64,000 bases of DNA from Hamiltosporidium tvaerminnensis FI-OER-3-3. Lineage: Eukaryota > Fungi > Microsporidia. A model generated the notes under the pieces. It did not search any database, was not told the DNA's origin, and worked only from the letters and a program-made list of their open reading frames with translations. The translations under genes were made by a program, and so were the position numbers. Location of the stretch: assembly GCA_022605425.2 (NCBI GenBank), contig JAKIMF020000001.1, positions 1,922,001 to 1,986,000 on the forward strand, read 5' to 3'. Below are positions 63,607 through 64,000 of the stretch, piece after piece. How positions within the stretch are numbered: the stretch's first letter is position 1; every line of letters starts with the position of its first letter.

Positions 63607-64000
63607 ATTTTATTTAATAAAATTCTGGGTTAAAATATTTTTAACATTTTTATATGTTTTCTTCTACCTCTTTAACCACTTTTGTCTCTTCTTCCAAATC
63701 CGACTCTTCATTTATGTTATTGGTCGGTTCCTCTAAAGTGGTTCCTCCTTGTGAAATAAGAGGTGTATTATTTTTTGGTTTTAAATTTTTTGCACCATCT
63801 TCCTCTCTCTTCGCTTCTTTAAAAAAGAGTGTTGGTTCCTCATGCATCTCGGCTCTCATAATAACACTCATTGACGCTCTCTCCCAGCTCTCTTCGGCAT
63901 TTAGTCCTGACTCGAATCCTCTTCGTCGATCAAAAGAAATTGTTTCGACTGTTTTCTTAAGTACTAAGGACTGAATGTATGCCTCTACATTCGTGGGTAT
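63607..64000 (-). mobile_element. 3' end of a second young RLE LINE copy (runs off the window)
   Basis: C-terminus nearly identical to that of 5587..9348 (GGTTLEEPTNNINEESDLEEETKVVKEVEENI) with the same 3' UTR. Confidence 0.93.

Overview
Very AT-rich, gene-sparse eukaryotic DNA, most likely a large-genome microsporidian. The evidence is a TLC/NTT nucleotide transporter, intron-less divergent housekeeping genes and CCC motifs just upstream of ATGs; a Hamiltosporidium-like genome is an unverified guess. Recognisable host genes are a proteasome alpha subunit (PSMA6/SCL1-like), a Rad51-paralog-like protein with a degenerate Walker A, signal peptidase SPC12, a NatB auxiliary subunit (MDM20/NAA25-like), an NTT, and a secreted-protein gene broken by one stop. 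The first 23 kb is a large inverted duplication (arms ~1295-11513 and ~16408-22806, ~4.9 kb spacer). Each arm has two ~610-bp direct repeats, giving four mosaic copies of a 118-aa ORF, each followed by a candidate H-type pseudoknot just after the stop. Each arm also holds a dead DD34E Tc1/IS630 element, and an intact RLE-type LINE has inserted into the left arm only. The rest is mostly transposon debris: RLE-LINE fragments, a decayed RTE with a 5' twister ribozyme relic, RTE-derived SINE-like copies, a hAT/Buster relic, and three same-length copies of an unclassified ~720-bp structured non-coding element. The NTT gene sits among minisatellites and shows a C-to-G strand-skew switch. All coordinates and alignments were read by eye; no searches were run.
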